The notes: generated by a model not told the origin, from the letters alone. Shown: positions 35,715 to 44,984, numbered from the stretch's first letter. The stretch: DNA of 63,239 bases from an uncultured Candidatus Saccharibacteria bacterium (GCA_964358205.1 CAYHNZ010000002.1:1-63239), one strand, 5' to 3'. Numbers and translations: made by a program.

Positions 35715-38700
35715 TCAGCTACACCCCCCCGTAGTTGAGCCGCAGGACAAGCAGGTGTAGCAGGTGCCGGTTTTGAAGGTCAGTGAGCCACAGCTTGGGC
35801 AGGGCGGCGCGTCGGTTTGTTGCTGTTTTCGCGTTGGAATTGTTTCGTTCTCCTCAATTGGTGGCTCAAGTGGTTGGGCGAGAGGTTCTGGGGTGGCGGC
35901 CATATCACCGTTGGTCGGTTCGGGCAACTTTGTTGGTGCGGGGATAGCGCTGAAATCGAGTTGGGCTTGGGCGCTGGAAGCGTCGCCGTCGGCCTTGATC
36001 CCCAGCTCCACTTGCTCCTCGGGCGTTAAGAACTTGAGACCGAGGTAGCGAGCAATGTAGTCAATGATCGATTTGGCAATGCGGATCTGCGGGTTGGTGG
36101 TAAAGCCGTACGGCTCAAAGCGACTGTTGGCGAATTGGCGAACAATCATCGCCAGCGGGACGCCGTATTGCAGGCCGATGGAAATAGATTTGGCAAAAGC
36201 GTCCATCAAACCCGAGATAGTACTGCCCTGCTTGGCCATGGTGACGAAAATCTCGCCCGGCTGACCGTCTTCGTACAAGCCGACGGTGATGAAACCTTTG
36301 TGGCCGGAAATAAGGAATTTGTGAGTAATTGAGCGGCGCTCATCAGCCAAACGACGACGCTTGGGCGCGTAAACAACTTTTTCCACAATTCTTTCGACTA
36401 CCTCGGTCTCGTTCCCAGTTTCGTCCTTTTTAGTGTTGAGCGGTTGAGACAGTTTGGAGCCGTCGCGGTACAAGGCCAGCGCTTTCAGCCCGAGCTTCCA
36501 AGATTGAAGGTAGACTTCCTCAACATCCTCAACCGTCGCCTCGTTGGGCATATTAATAGTTTTAGAGATAGCCCCAGAGATGAATGGCTGAACGGCGGCC
36601 ATCATTCGAACATGGGCCAGTGGAGCGATGAATCGTGTCCCAGTTGGTCCACAACGGTTGGCACAGTCAAAGACCGCCAAATGTTCGTCTTTAAGATGTG
36701 GCGCGCCTTCCAAGGTTTGGGTACCGCAGACAATGGTGTTTGATTGGTTAATTTCTTCCTGGCTAAAGCCGAGCCGACCAAGCAGGGAAAAACTTGGCTG
36801 TAGCTCTTCGGTTTCGGTAATGGTTAGACGACTGAATATTTCCGGTCCCAAGACCGTGCGGTTGAAAGAAAAACTGATATCGAACGAGCTCGATAGAGTT
36901 GACTCGACTTTGTCGATTTCGTCGGTGGTCAGACCTTTGGCAATTAAGGTGGTCCGATTAATCGGCGAACTTTCGACGAATCGGCCAACACCGACGGCGA
37001 AGTCGATCATCTCTCCTTGTTGCTCGAGGGTGTAGCCGAGGTTGCTTAAGGCCTGTTTGACAGCGTTGTTAACGATCTTCATCGAGCCGCCGCCGGCTAA
37101 CTTTTTGAACTTGACCAAAGCAAAGTCCGGTTCAACACCTGTCGTGTCACAGTCCATCAAAAGCCCAATAGTGCCAGTTGGGGCAATTACACTCGCCTGA
37201 CTGTTGCGGTAGCCGAACTGCTCACCTAACGCCACTGCCTCGTCCCAGTCTTGGCGGGCGCCGGCTAATAAGTCGGTCGGACAATCAGTATTGCTAATGG
37301 CGTAGGCGGCTTGGCGATGCATCTTCATGACATTCAGCATCGGGGCGCGATTTTTGACGAAGCCTTCAAATGCGCCCTTAATGGCAGCCATTTCGGCCGA
37401 AGTTTTGTAGGCATGCCCGGTCATAATCGCCGATAATGCGCCAGCGATCGCCAGGGCTTCCGGCGAGTCGTAAGGGATACCTTTGAGCATCAGTAGGGTG
37501 CCAAGATTAGCAAAACCCAATCCGAGCGGTCGGTAGTCGTGACTGTTTTTGGTGATTGCTTCGGTTGGATAGCTCGACAAATCAACCTCGATTTCTTGGG
37601 CGATAAACATAATTTTGCAGGCGTGACGATAACTCTCGACATCAAAATTGCCTTTGTCATCGGCGAACTTGACGAGATTAATAGATGCCAAATTACATGC
37701 AGAATTATCTAGGTGGGTGTACTCGGCGCATGGATTTGAAGCGTTAATACGGCCGGTATTCGGCACGGTGTGCCATTTATTGGCGGTGGTGTCAAACTGC
37801 ACTCCAGGATCAGCACACTGCCAGGCGGCGTTAGCAATCTGATCCATTAATTCTTTGGCGCGGTAAGTTTTGTGTGGCTCGCCGTTAGAAACATAGCGAG
37901 TCGTCCACTCGCCGTCGTTAGCAACCGCCTCCATGAATTCGTCGGTAATGCGGACGGAATTATTTGAGTTCTGGCCGGACACGGTGTGGTAGGCCTCACC
38001 GTTGAAGTCCGACGAATAGCCAGCGGCAATCAAGGCCATCACTTTCTTCTCCTCGTTGACCTTCCAGTTAATAAAATCTTCAATTTCTGGGTGCGACATA
38101 TCAACCACCACCATCTTGGCGGCTCGACGAGTGGTGCCACCAGACTTGACGGCGTCAGCGCCACGATCAAACACCCTCAAAAAGCTCATCATACCGCTCG
38201 AAGTACCGCCGCCTGATAGTCGCTCATAGCGGCTACGAAGTTTGGAAAAGTTAGCGCCGGCTCCGGAGCCAAATTTGAAAATTCTGGATTCGGTTTTGAG
38301 TAAATTAAATATGCCGTCAAGCGAGTCCTCCACCGCCAAAATAAAACAGGCCGAGCACTGGGGGTTGCGGTAAGAATCCTTAGTTTCCAAAACTTTCTCT
38401 TGCTCGAAGTCCCAATAAAAACTTCCGCCCGAGCCGGCGATCTTATATTGATGATACAAACCGCAGTTGAACCACACCGGCGAGTTAAAAGCCGCTTTTT
38501 GGTTGACTAAAATATGGGTTAGCTCATCTTCGTAGCTAACTCGGTCTTCAGGTGAGGCAAAATAGCCGAATTTTTCACCGAAATCGGCAATAGTATGGGC
38601 AATCCGATAAACGGCCTGTTTGAGCGACGTCTCTCTCCCCTGCCCGCCGTGCCCGACAGTGCCTGTTGTGGTAGGCTGGCCTGTAGGCGATGGCAGGCGG

Positions 38701-39014
38701 GCCTCTTTGGTGGGGACGCCGGCCTTGCGCAAGTATTTATAAGCTAAAATGTCAGTTGCCAGTTGGGTCCAAGTGGTGGGTACCTCGACATCGGTAATTT
38801 GGGAGATGATATTGCCTTTTTCATCGCTAATGGTGGTGGTTCGTTTGTCCCATTCGACGGTATCAAAAACATTTTCGCCGACTTTGGTGTAACGGCGAGC
38901 AACTTTGAGGCCAAGTTTCTTGGTCGAATTATTCTTTTCTGGCAATTCGGCCGAAATTTCAACGGGCTTTAAGGCAATCTCGCTTAATCGATCATTTCGG
39001 TCTTTCTTGGCCAT
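35715..39014 (-). CDS. nrdJ: Class II (adenosylcobalamin-dependent) ribonucleotide reductase with a C-terminal zinc ribbon
   Basis: 1099 aa with the NPCAE and PTGT(I/L)G blocks of RNR. The tail is CPSCGSLTFKTGTCYTCLSCGS. A B12 adenosyltransferase lies adjacent. Confidence 0.92.
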   Translation of the reverse strand: MAKKDRNDRLSEIALKPVEISAELPEKNNSTKKLGLKVARRYTKVGENVFDTVEWDKRTTTISDEKGNIISQITDVEVPTTWTQLATDILAYKYLRKAGVPTKEARLPSPTGQPTTTGTVGHGGQGRETSLKQAVYRIAHTIADFGEKFGYFASPEDRVSYEDELTHILVNQKAAFNSPVWFNCGLYHQYKIAGSGGSFYWDFEQEKVLETKDSYRNPQCSACFILAVEDSLDGIFNLLKTESRIFKFGSGAGANFSKLRSRYERLSGGGTSSGMMSFLRVFDRGADAVKSGGTTRRAAKMVVVDMSHPEIEDFINWKVNEEKKVMALIAAGYSSDFNGEAYHTVSGQNSNNSVRITDEFMEAVANDGEWTTRYVSNGEPHKTYRAKELMDQIANAAWQCADPGVQFDTTANKWHTVPNTGRINASNPCAEYTHLDNSACNLASINLVKFADDKGNFDVESYRHACKIMFIAQEIEVDLSSYPTEAITKNSHDYRPLGLGFANLGTLLMLKGIPYDSPEALAIAGALSAIMTGHAYKTSAEMAAIKGAFEGFVKNRAPMLNVMKMHRQAAYAISNTDCPTDLLAGARQDWDEAVALGEQFGYRNSQASVIAPTGTIGLLMDCDTTGVEPDFALVKFKKLAGGGSMKIVNNAVKQALSNLGYTLEQQGEMIDFAVGVGRFVESSPINRTTLIAKGLTTDEIDKVESTLSSSFDISFSFNRTVLGPEIFSRLTITETEELQPSFSLLGRLGFSQEEINQSNTIVCGTQTLEGAPHLKDEHLAVFDCANRCGPTGTRFIAPLAHVRMMAAVQPFISGAISKTINMPNEATVEDVEEVYLQSWKLGLKALALYRDGSKLSQPLNTKKDETGNETEVVERIVEKVVYAPKRRRLADERRSITHKFLISGHKGFITVGLYEDGQPGEIFVTMAKQGSTISGLMDAFAKSISIGLQYGVPLAMIVRQFANSRFEPYGFTTNPQIRIAKSIIDYIARYLGLKFLTPEEQVELGIKADGDASSAQAQLDFSAIPAPTKLPEPTNGDMAATPEPLAQPLEPPIEENETIPTRKQQQTDAPPCPSCGSLTFKTGTCYTCLSCGSTTGGCS

Positions 39015-39184
39015 TCAATACCCTCCTTACTAAAGCGGCTTCTGGCAACTGGCAAACAGCAACTGGCTGGGAGCCGGCAAACGAACCGCAAAACTTCTCC
39101 AGACATCTACAGTACCACGCCCGGACAGTACCTTGTCAAGGGTAAATATTACGGGGTTTGTATGGGATTTGTTCGCCTGTGCGA

Positions 39185-39247
39185 AAAGTCTGAAGTCTCA
39201 AGGCTAAAGTCTGAATTAAGTGATAAGGACTAAGTGGCAAGCTAATA
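39185..39247. repeat. Heptanucleotide array (9 units)
   Basis: AAAGTCT GAAGTCT CAAGGCT AAAGTCT GAATTAA GTGATAA GGACTAA GTGGCAA GCTAATA. Confidence 0.85.
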
Positions 39248-39250
39248 TCA

Positions 39251-39340
39251 CACTCCAGCTGACCTGCTTTTGATGGGTCATGTCGCTTTCGCTCGCTTCT
39301 CGCTCTGCTTTTGGCAGTCTCGCAGTGGCTCGCGGTTTTT
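39251..39340 (+). repeat. Structured mosaic repeat, copy F (3' fragment carrying a nested 44-nt insert)
   Basis: It matches the 3' block of copy E (CTGACCTGCTTTTGATGGGTCATG...GGCTCGCGGTTTTT). It is interrupted at 39283-39326 by a CGCTCGCTTCTCG-type element. Confidence 0.75.
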
Positions 39341-39351
39341 CGGTAATTAAT

Positions 39352-39390
39352 ATAAAAAATCCCCCTCTCTGCCGAAGCTTTGAGGGGGAG
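39352..39390 (-). terminator. Intrinsic terminator (minus strand)
   Basis: CCCCCTC/GAGGGGG stem followed by ATTTTTTAT on the minus strand. Confidence 0.8.
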
Positions 39391-39592
39391 GTTTACTGCC
39401 TTTAAACCTTGTGAGGCAAACGAACTCACTTCGGTCGAGGTCAACAGGACCACGCGCTGGGTACGATACCCAGGGCGCTTTCTCGCTGTTCAATCTCCAA
39501 GAAGCCCGCGAGATGACTTCAGGTTGAGTTAAATTTAGCACTAGGGTGCCAGATTGTCTATACTTATCGTCCGAAAAATTAGCTCTATTATC

Positions 39593-39760
39593 TACTTCAG
39601 ACTTTAGCCTTGAGACTTCAGACTTAGTAGAAAATTATTGCCTTAATTTTCTACGGATGAAAGAAGGTACATCGAGCTCGTCTTCGTCTGTACCTCCATC
39701 TTTGATGTCACGACTGCGACCCTTAGTGACAAAAGCATTGTCGGCTGTTTCGGTCTCGAC
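39593..39760 (-). repeat. Copy of the ftsZ 3' end (last 42 codons, stop and 3' UTR), fused to the Nudix gene
   Basis: Offset by 731 nt from 40324-40491. 39620-39712 is identical. 39713-39760 differs at 13 of 48 positions, all synonymous. Confidence 0.95.
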
Positions 39761-40267
39761 CGTTTCGAGCCACGCTTGAACCATCTCTTCACCGTTTTTA
39801 AATGCCATTCTCTCGGGCAACTCATTATAGGAAAACCATCGCAATTCTTCGATGTCATCGCCTGGCGTTAAAACACCCCCGATCACCTCGGCAATAAAAC
39901 AGATATTCAGGGTTTTCTCGCCGGTGGTTCCGTAACTATCCATGAAAAATCCGAGCATATCCCCCAGCTCAACAGACAGTCCGGTTTCTTCTTTTGCCTC
40001 TCTCACCGCACCGTCTTCTGGTTTTTCACCCAAATTTAAGAAGCCGCCGATTACATCCCACCTTCCCTTGGCAGGCTCAATCCTTCTTTTACCTAATAAA
40101 ACTCTATTCCCGTCAGTTATAAGAGTACTTGCTGTGGGCTTAGAATTTAGATAAACAACAGAGTTGCAGTTTGAGCACGCATATCTTTCTGGTTCGCCCT
40201 GGTGGTCGTATTGGATACTACAGTTAGGACAATATTTATAATCCATGTTGGTATGATAGTAATTCAT
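39635..40267 (-). CDS. NudC-like Nudix hydrolase (N-terminal zinc ribbon) carrying the FtsZ C-terminal linker and peptide
   Basis: CPNC...CSNC ribbon and Nudix box GGFLNLGEKPEDGAVREAKEETGL. The last 42 aa ([10 protein letters not shown]...[15 protein letters not shown]) are identical to the FtsZ C-terminus. Confidence 0.85.
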   Translation of the reverse strand: MNYYHTNMDYKYCPNCSIQYDHQGEPERYACSNCNSVVYLNSKPTASTLITDGNRVLLGKRRIEPAKGRWDVIGGFLNLGEKPEDGAVREAKEETGLSVELGDMLGFFMDSYGTTGEKTLNICFIAEVIGGVLTPGDDIEELRWFSYNELPERMAFKNGEEMVQAWLETVETETADNAFVTKGRSRDIKDGGTDEDELDVPSFIRRKLRQ

Positions 40268-40323
40268 TGCCTAGCCAATGAATGGTTCTCTGTTTGAAAA
40301 CTTGATTCTTGTGACTTATTATT

Positions 40324-40491
40324 TACTTCAGACTTTAGCCTTGCGACTTTAGACTTAGTAGAAAATTATTGCCTTAATTTTCTACGGATGAAAGAAGGTA
40401 CATCGAGCTCGTCTTCGTCTGTACCTCCATCTTTGATGTCACGGGAACGGCCTTTGGTCACAAAGGCGTTGTCGGCTGTTTCAGTTTCAAC
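40324..40491 (-). repeat. ftsZ-resident copy of the duplicated 3' end
   Basis: See 39593-39760. Confidence 0.95.
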
Positions 40492-41592
40492 TGGAAAAGA
40501 TGGTTGTGGTTGGATGGGTGTTTGGTGACTAAAAAATGGAATGTTTGAGGCGAAAGGCGCTTGAGGTGCGCCGAGAGTAGCACCAAAACCTACCGGCTCT
40601 TCTGAACCAAATCGTGATCTTGCCTTTGGAACTGGTTTAGATATTTCATTTTCAAAACCAGTCGCGATAACCGTGACTTTAATCTCGCCCGACATCGAAT
40701 CATCGACAGTGGCGCCGAAAATAACATTGGCTTCGGGATCGGCCGCTTCAGTGATAGCCTTAGACACCTCCTCAACTTCATACATAGTCATATCAGGTCC
40801 GCCGGTGATGTTATAAAGAATGCCCCGCGCCCCATCGATTGATAGCTCAAGCAGAGGCGAGTCAATCGCCTGACGAGCCGATTCAATCGCTCCATTTTCA
40901 CCAGCCGCCAGACCGATACCCATTAAAGCCGATCCGGCATCTTTCATAATTGTTCGAACGTCAGCAAAGTCAACATTAATAATAGCCGGTACGACGATAA
41001 TTTCAGAAATTCCCTGAACGCCTTGGCGTAGGATATCGTCAACAATACCAAAGGCGTCGCTCATCGAAGTTTTCTTGTCGATGACCTGCAATAGGCGGTC
41101 GTTGGGAATTGTAATTAATGTATCGACCTTCTCCCGGAGTTCTTCGATACCGAGTTCAGCGATTTTTTTGCGACGAAGACCTTCAAAACTAAACGGTTTA
41201 GTAACAACACCGACAGTCAAAGCACCGAGTTCTTTGGCAATCTGGGCGATCAACGGTGCTGCACCAGTACCAGTACCACCGCCAGCGCCACAAGTGACAA
41301 AAACCATATTAGCCCCCTTAAGCACTTCGTAAATCTCGTCCTTGTTTTCCTCTGCTGACTTACGCCCAACCTCCATATCGGCCCCCGACCCTAATCCTTG
41401 GGTAGTTTCCTTGCCGATTTGAACTTTAATGGGCGCTGGATTACCCATTAACGCCTGCGCATCAGTATTGATAGCGATAAACTCGACGCCACGAACTCTA
41501 GCGGCGATCATTCGGGCGACGGCGTTGCCGCCAGCACCGCCGATACCGCAGACTTTAATACTCGCGAACGTGTCTAAAGTTTCCTTATTCAT
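40366..41592 (-). CDS. ftsZ: Cell division protein FtsZ
   Basis: Tubulin signature [17 protein letters not shown], and the conserved C-terminal peptide DVPSFIRR. Confidence 0.97.
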   Translation of the reverse strand: MNKETLDTFASIKVCGIGGAGGNAVARMIAARVRGVEFIAINTDAQALMGNPAPIKVQIGKETTQGLGSGADMEVGRKSAEENKDEIYEVLKGANMVFVTCGAGGGTGTGAAPLIAQIAKELGALTVGVVTKPFSFEGLRRKKIAELGIEELREKVDTLITIPNDRLLQVIDKKTSMSDAFGIVDDILRQGVQGISEIIVVPAIINVDFADVRTIMKDAGSALMGIGLAAGENGAIESARQAIDSPLLELSIDGARGILYNITGGPDMTMYEVEEVSKAITEAADPEANVIFGATVDDSMSGEIKVTVIATGFENEISKPVPKARSRFGSEEPVGFGATLGAPQAPFASNIPFFSHQTPIQPQPSFPVETETADNAFVTKGRSRDIKDGGTDEDELDVPSFIRRKLRQ

Positions 41593-41625
41593 AAATTATT
41601 TGGGTGTTTTCTTAGGGTAGCATTG

Positions 41626-42861
41626 TTAATTACTAAAATTTCGTAGGATCCCACGAAATCGGTCAAATACCCCCCCAAATTTTCCGAAATCCAGTCTCCT
41701 ATGTCCATCGTTGGTCTGACCCTCTTCTACGCCCCACATAACTAGCCCAACGGCGCAAGCGTAAATCGGATCGTCAAGCTTGTCAAGCATGCCCGAAAAT
41801 TTGGCGGTGGGAAAACCGACCGTTGCTGGTAAACGAAGCTCGGTTCTGGCTAGTTCGGTTAGACCCTCGATGTCTGATCCGCCACCAGTAAAGATCGCTC
41901 CGGCTGGTAATAAACCATCTTTTCCAACCTTCTTTAGCTCCTCTTTGATCAGATGAAAAATCTCGGCAACGCGAGCTTCAATAATTTCACAAATTTGCCT
42001 TCGAGAAACCTTTTCGTCCTCGGCCGGATCAAGCGACGACAAATTGATTGTTTCCGACTCGCGAATTTTGTCCGGTAATACCGACCCATATTTGTTTTTT
42101 ATCACTTCGGCCACATCAAGGTTGGTTCGCAGACCAATGGCGATATCATTGGTGATGTGCATCGACCCAACTGGCAAAGTGGCGCAATAAATTAGTTCTG
42201 TTTCTTCAAAAACGGCGATGTCTGTCGTTGTCGCGCCTAGGTCGATTAAAATTACCCCGGAATCGCGCTGTTTCTTGGTTGTTAGCGCTCGGGCGGTCGC
42301 TAGCGGTGAGTAGACTAAACCGTCGATTTGGATTCCAGCTTGTTCGACAGCTTTGACTAAATTGCGCAAGGCGGCCGATGAGGCGCTAATAATTAAGGAG
42401 TCAACTTCCAAACGGATTCCGTTCATGCCGATTGGATCACGAATTTCGTCTTGGCCGTCGACGGTAAAATGATGTGGAAAGGTGTGAATCAGCTCTCGGT
42501 TTTGCGGCATGGCGACGGTTTTGGCGGCATCAATCACCCGAGATACATCTTCGGCTTGAATCTCACCGTTCGGGCGAGCGACGGCGATGACGCCCTTGGC
42601 TGGTTGGGCTAAAATATGGCTACCGTTGATTGAGACGAAAGCGTGGGTTAAGGGGAATCCGCACATTCGCTCCGCTTCTTCCAGGGCTTGTGACAGGGCA
42701 CTGACAGTATCTTCGATATCAACGATCATCCCCCGTTTCATACCGCTATGGGCGACCGAAGTTACACCGACAATCGAGGTGACGCCGTCAACGACATTAC
42801 CAACACAAACGGCAATCTTCGAGGAGCCGATGTCTATTCCTGCGACCAGCGGATCACGCAC
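41626..42861 (-). CDS. ftsA: Cell division protein FtsA
   Basis: Actin-fold motifs GIDIGSSKIAV and DLGATTTDIAVF. Proposed GTG start at 42861 after AAAGGA. The upstream part of the listed ORF is heptanucleotide-array sequence. Confidence 0.88.
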   Translation of the reverse strand: MRDPLVAGIDIGSSKIAVCVGNVVDGVTSIVGVTSVAHSGMKRGMIVDIEDTVSALSQALEEAERMCGFPLTHAFVSINGSHILAQPAKGVIAVARPNGEIQAEDVSRVIDAAKTVAMPQNRELIHTFPHHFTVDGQDEIRDPIGMNGIRLEVDSLIISASSAALRNLVKAVEQAGIQIDGLVYSPLATARALTTKKQRDSGVILIDLGATTTDIAVFEETELIYCATLPVGSMHITNDIAIGLRTNLDVAEVIKNKYGSVLPDKIRESETINLSSLDPAEDEKVSRRQICEIIEARVAEIFHLIKEELKKVGKDGLLPAGAIFTGGGSDIEGLTELARTELRLPATVGFPTAKFSGMLDKLDDPIYACAVGLVMWGVEEGQTNDGHRRLDFGKFGGVFDRFRGILRNFSN

Positions 42862-42881
42862 GACAAATCCTTTCAGGATTT

Positions 42882-42916
42882 GAAGTTGCAAGGCTGAAGT
42901 CTGAAGTCTGAAGTAT
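42882..42916. repeat. Heptanucleotide array (5 units)
   Basis: GAAGTTG CAAGGCT GAAGTCT GAAGTCT GAAGTAT. Confidence 0.85.
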
Positions 42917-43043
42917 GGAGTTGTTATTCCACGACTTACGCACAGCAAAGAATAAGTGGTGGAAACACGACGCGACACAAAACCCATTGAGGAGATTTAG
43001 ATACGTAAGTCGTGTATTCAAAAATCGCGGAGCGACACCACAG

Positions 43044-43078
43044 TTTAGACTTGAGACTTTAGACTTTAGACTTTCGTC
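43044..43078. repeat. Heptanucleotide array (5 units)
   Basis: TTTAGAC TTGAGAC TTTAGAC TTTAGAC TTTCGTC. Confidence 0.85.
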
Positions 43079-43098
43079 GATGACTCCCCTCCCCCTTT

Positions 43099-43572
43099 TC
43101 ATCGATGACTGTATCCCAACAGGTGCAGTAGACCGTGACTGGAGAGCGTTTTGAGCTCATCAATCAGTTCAATCCCGGCCTGGGCGGCTTGTTTGGTGGC
43201 GGTTTCGACAGAGATGGCGATTGAACCAGTCGGGCCATCAACTCGGTCTCTAGAGTCGGCTAGTGTTTGCTTCGAACGCTTGTCGTTGACACTCGCTCCT
43301 CGGTGTGACCTCGTAGTAAGACCCGCCGCTCCCGCGTGAGAGACAAATTCTGGCCGATCGTACGTAAAACTCAAAACATCGGTTGGCTCGTTAATTCCTA
43401 AATATCGTTGTTTCAGCTTTTTAATCTCCTTGTCGGTAATTAATGATATCTCTACCTCCACTCTACCAACCGTTTTCAGGCGTCGCAAGATAGCCACCAA
43501 GTGTTGGTGGATTTTATCCTTATCGACTTTGGTGTCGGTGTTGTTTTGCCAGTCGATCGTCAGCTCGGCCAT
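43099..43572 (-). CDS. ybeY: rRNA maturation RNase YbeY (with an internal insertion, ending right after the His motif)
   Basis: TDVLSF and HGLLHLLGYSH motifs. About 30-35 extra residues lie between them (approximately 43240-43345). Confidence 0.85.
   Translation of the reverse strand: MAELTIDWQNNTDTKVDKDKIHQHLVAILRRLKTVGRVEVEISLITDKEIKKLKQRYLGINEPTDVLSFTYDRPEFVSHAGAAGLTTRSHRGASVNDKRSKQTLADSRDRVDGPTGSIAISVETATKQAAQAGIELIDELKTLSSHGLLHLLGYSHR
43288..43320. repeat. Small hairpin repeat, copy R2, inside ybeY
   Basis: GACACTCGCTCCTC...TCGTAGTAAG compared with R1 GACGCTCGCTCCTC...TCGTAGTTGA. Confidence 0.55.
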
Positions 43573-43581
43573 ATCTGGCTC

Positions 43582-44028
43582 TTAGCCGTTTTGAATTTTC
43601 TGACGAAGAATTTGGGAAACCAAACTCATATCGGCCTGGCCTTTAAGCTCGGCACTCAAGGCCCCCATCGCCTGGCCCATCTGGCTCATCTCGGTTGGAT
43701 TGGCTTTGAGATATTTTTCGACGACAACGATTACGGTCGCTTCGTCCATCTGTTCGGGAAGATATTTTTTCAAGAGCATCATTTCCTGATACTCTTTGTC
43801 AGCTAAATCGATTTTATCGATATCGCGGTAAATCGCTTCGGCTTCGACCCTTTTTTTGACCTCACGCTGAATAATAGTCGTCACTTGCTGATCGTCGAGC
43901 GGCTTACCGGTGTCGATTTCGGCGTTTTTAATAATAGATTTCAAGAAACGCAAAGTTTCTTTGGTAAAATCGTCACCGGCTTTAAGGGCGGCCAAAAGGT
44001 CAGCTTCAATGGAGGTAATTAGATTCAT
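43582..44028 (-). CDS. GatB/YqeY domain protein
   Basis: 148 aa with LLAALKAGD...TLRFLKSIIKNAEI, typical of YqeY. Confidence 0.85.
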   Translation of the reverse strand: MNLITSIEADLLAALKAGDDFTKETLRFLKSIIKNAEIDTGKPLDDQQVTTIIQREVKKRVEAEAIYRDIDKIDLADKEYQEMMLLKKYLPEQMDEATVIVVVEKYLKANPTEMSQMGQAMGALSAELKGQADMSLVSQILRQKIQNG

Positions 44029-44064
44029 TAATTTAGACTTTAGCCTTCCGCCTTTAGCCTTGTG

Positions 44065-44262
44065 CTAGAAAGTTCGGAACGCTTTTCGACGGACGGCTCG
44101 GGCTTGTGCCGATTGACGGCGTTTAAAACGAGTGGGCTTCTTCTCGAAGAATCGGCGTCGTTTAATCTCGGTCATAATCTCCGACTGTTGGACATCGCGA
44201 AAAAATCGTCGCAAAACGACTTCAACCGGTAGGGCTCTTTTTTCTTCGCTGTATTCAGCCAT
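44065..44262 (-). CDS. rpsU: 30S ribosomal protein S21
   Basis: 65-aa basic protein with an LRRFFRDV...RRRFFEKKPTRFKRRQ pattern. Confidence 0.85.
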   Translation of the reverse strand: MAEYSEEKRALPVEVVLRRFFRDVQQSEIMTEIKRRRFFEKKPTRFKRRQSAQARAVRRKAFRTF

Positions 44263-44335
44263 TAGTTTTTAAATTGTAGCAGGAAATTGGGAATTAGTTA
44301 ATGGGTTTCGTGCCGCCGACCGGCGGCGTGAGTTT

Positions 44336-44615
44336 GCGACTGCGTCGCTGGCTTTTTTGTGAGGGTGGAGGGGGTTACTCTCGCTAGAGAGCGAGCGAAC
44401 TTCGGTTCGCGACAATTGCGAAGCACCCCCTACAACATTAATGAAGCCGGGGTTTTGGCGTCTTAACAGACAAGCCTCAATCCGCTCGACCGGTTCGAAC
44501 TAAAGCAGTTTAGTTCTCACGAGCGGTCTCGCCCCCGCACGCTACGCTATCGCGAATAAGGTAAAGAGTAACTCGCTGGACCGCCAGCTGGCGGTACCAT
44601 GGCTCGTCACTTTTT
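44336..44615 (+). repeat. Structured mosaic repeat, copy B (long form with a 95-nt internal insertion)
   Basis: The 5' 99 nt are near-identical to copy E. 44435-44530 is an insertion shared only with copy A. The 3' block is shared with A, C and D. Confidence 0.9.
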
Positions 44616-44708
44616 GGCTAGTAATAACTATGGCTTGCGGTTTTTTATCTTGCACCAGAAGTGGATTCGTACTATTATCCTTGCAGGCAACGCTACGAGG
44701 TGAACCTT

Positions 44709-44984
44709 ATGTATGAAGAAGATGAGATCGACGGATGCAAAAATAAGATCGCTGATGGACAGAATTGTGGGCTGTGTGTCATCCCTGGTTGTGACGGGAA
44801 GATAATCGCCCACGTCTCTAGCCATTGTATGGCAGACCTTGGAAACATGATCATTGGTCCAGGCAGTGCGGGTCAGTGGGAGGAGAGAGTCATCTACGCC
44901 TGCAACGACTGCTGTGTGATGTATTCATCTCCGCCCGGGAAACGACCTCGACGAATGCGAGAGGCCGAACGTGCGATCAGATAA
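44709..44984 (+). CDS. Cysteine-rich 91-aa hypothetical protein
   Basis: GAGGTGA ribosome-binding site 5 nt before the ATG at 44709. Eight Cys residues, including GCKNK...NCGLCVIPGC and CNDCC. Confidence 0.65.
   Translation: MYEEDEIDGCKNKIADGQNCGLCVIPGCDGKIIAHVSSHCMADLGNMIIGPGSAGQWEERVIYACNDCCVMYSSPPGKRPRRMREAERAIR

Noticed and set aside
39121-39160. NrdR box or promoter upstream of nrdJ: the imperfect palindrome GTAATATTTAC, and TTGACA followed after 19 nt by TACTGT on the minus strand.
   Set aside because: There is a single imperfect palindrome rather than the usual tandem pair of 16-bp boxes, and no nrdR gene is in the window. The promoter spacing is non-optimal, so the evidence is too weak to list as a feature.
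39713-39760. A diversity-generating retroelement TR/VR pair could explain the diverged part of the ftsZ-tail duplication.
   Set aside because: The differences are not adenine-specific, all are synonymous, and no reverse transcriptase is nearby.
42930-43014. An 11-bp long-range inverted repeat (CACGACTTACG / CGTAAGTCGTG) in the ybeY-ftsA spacer could be an ftsA leader structure.
   Set aside because: The pairing is real, but heptad arrays flank the stem on both sides of the spacer, where chance complementarity is likely. With no supporting covariation available, it is not promoted to a finding.
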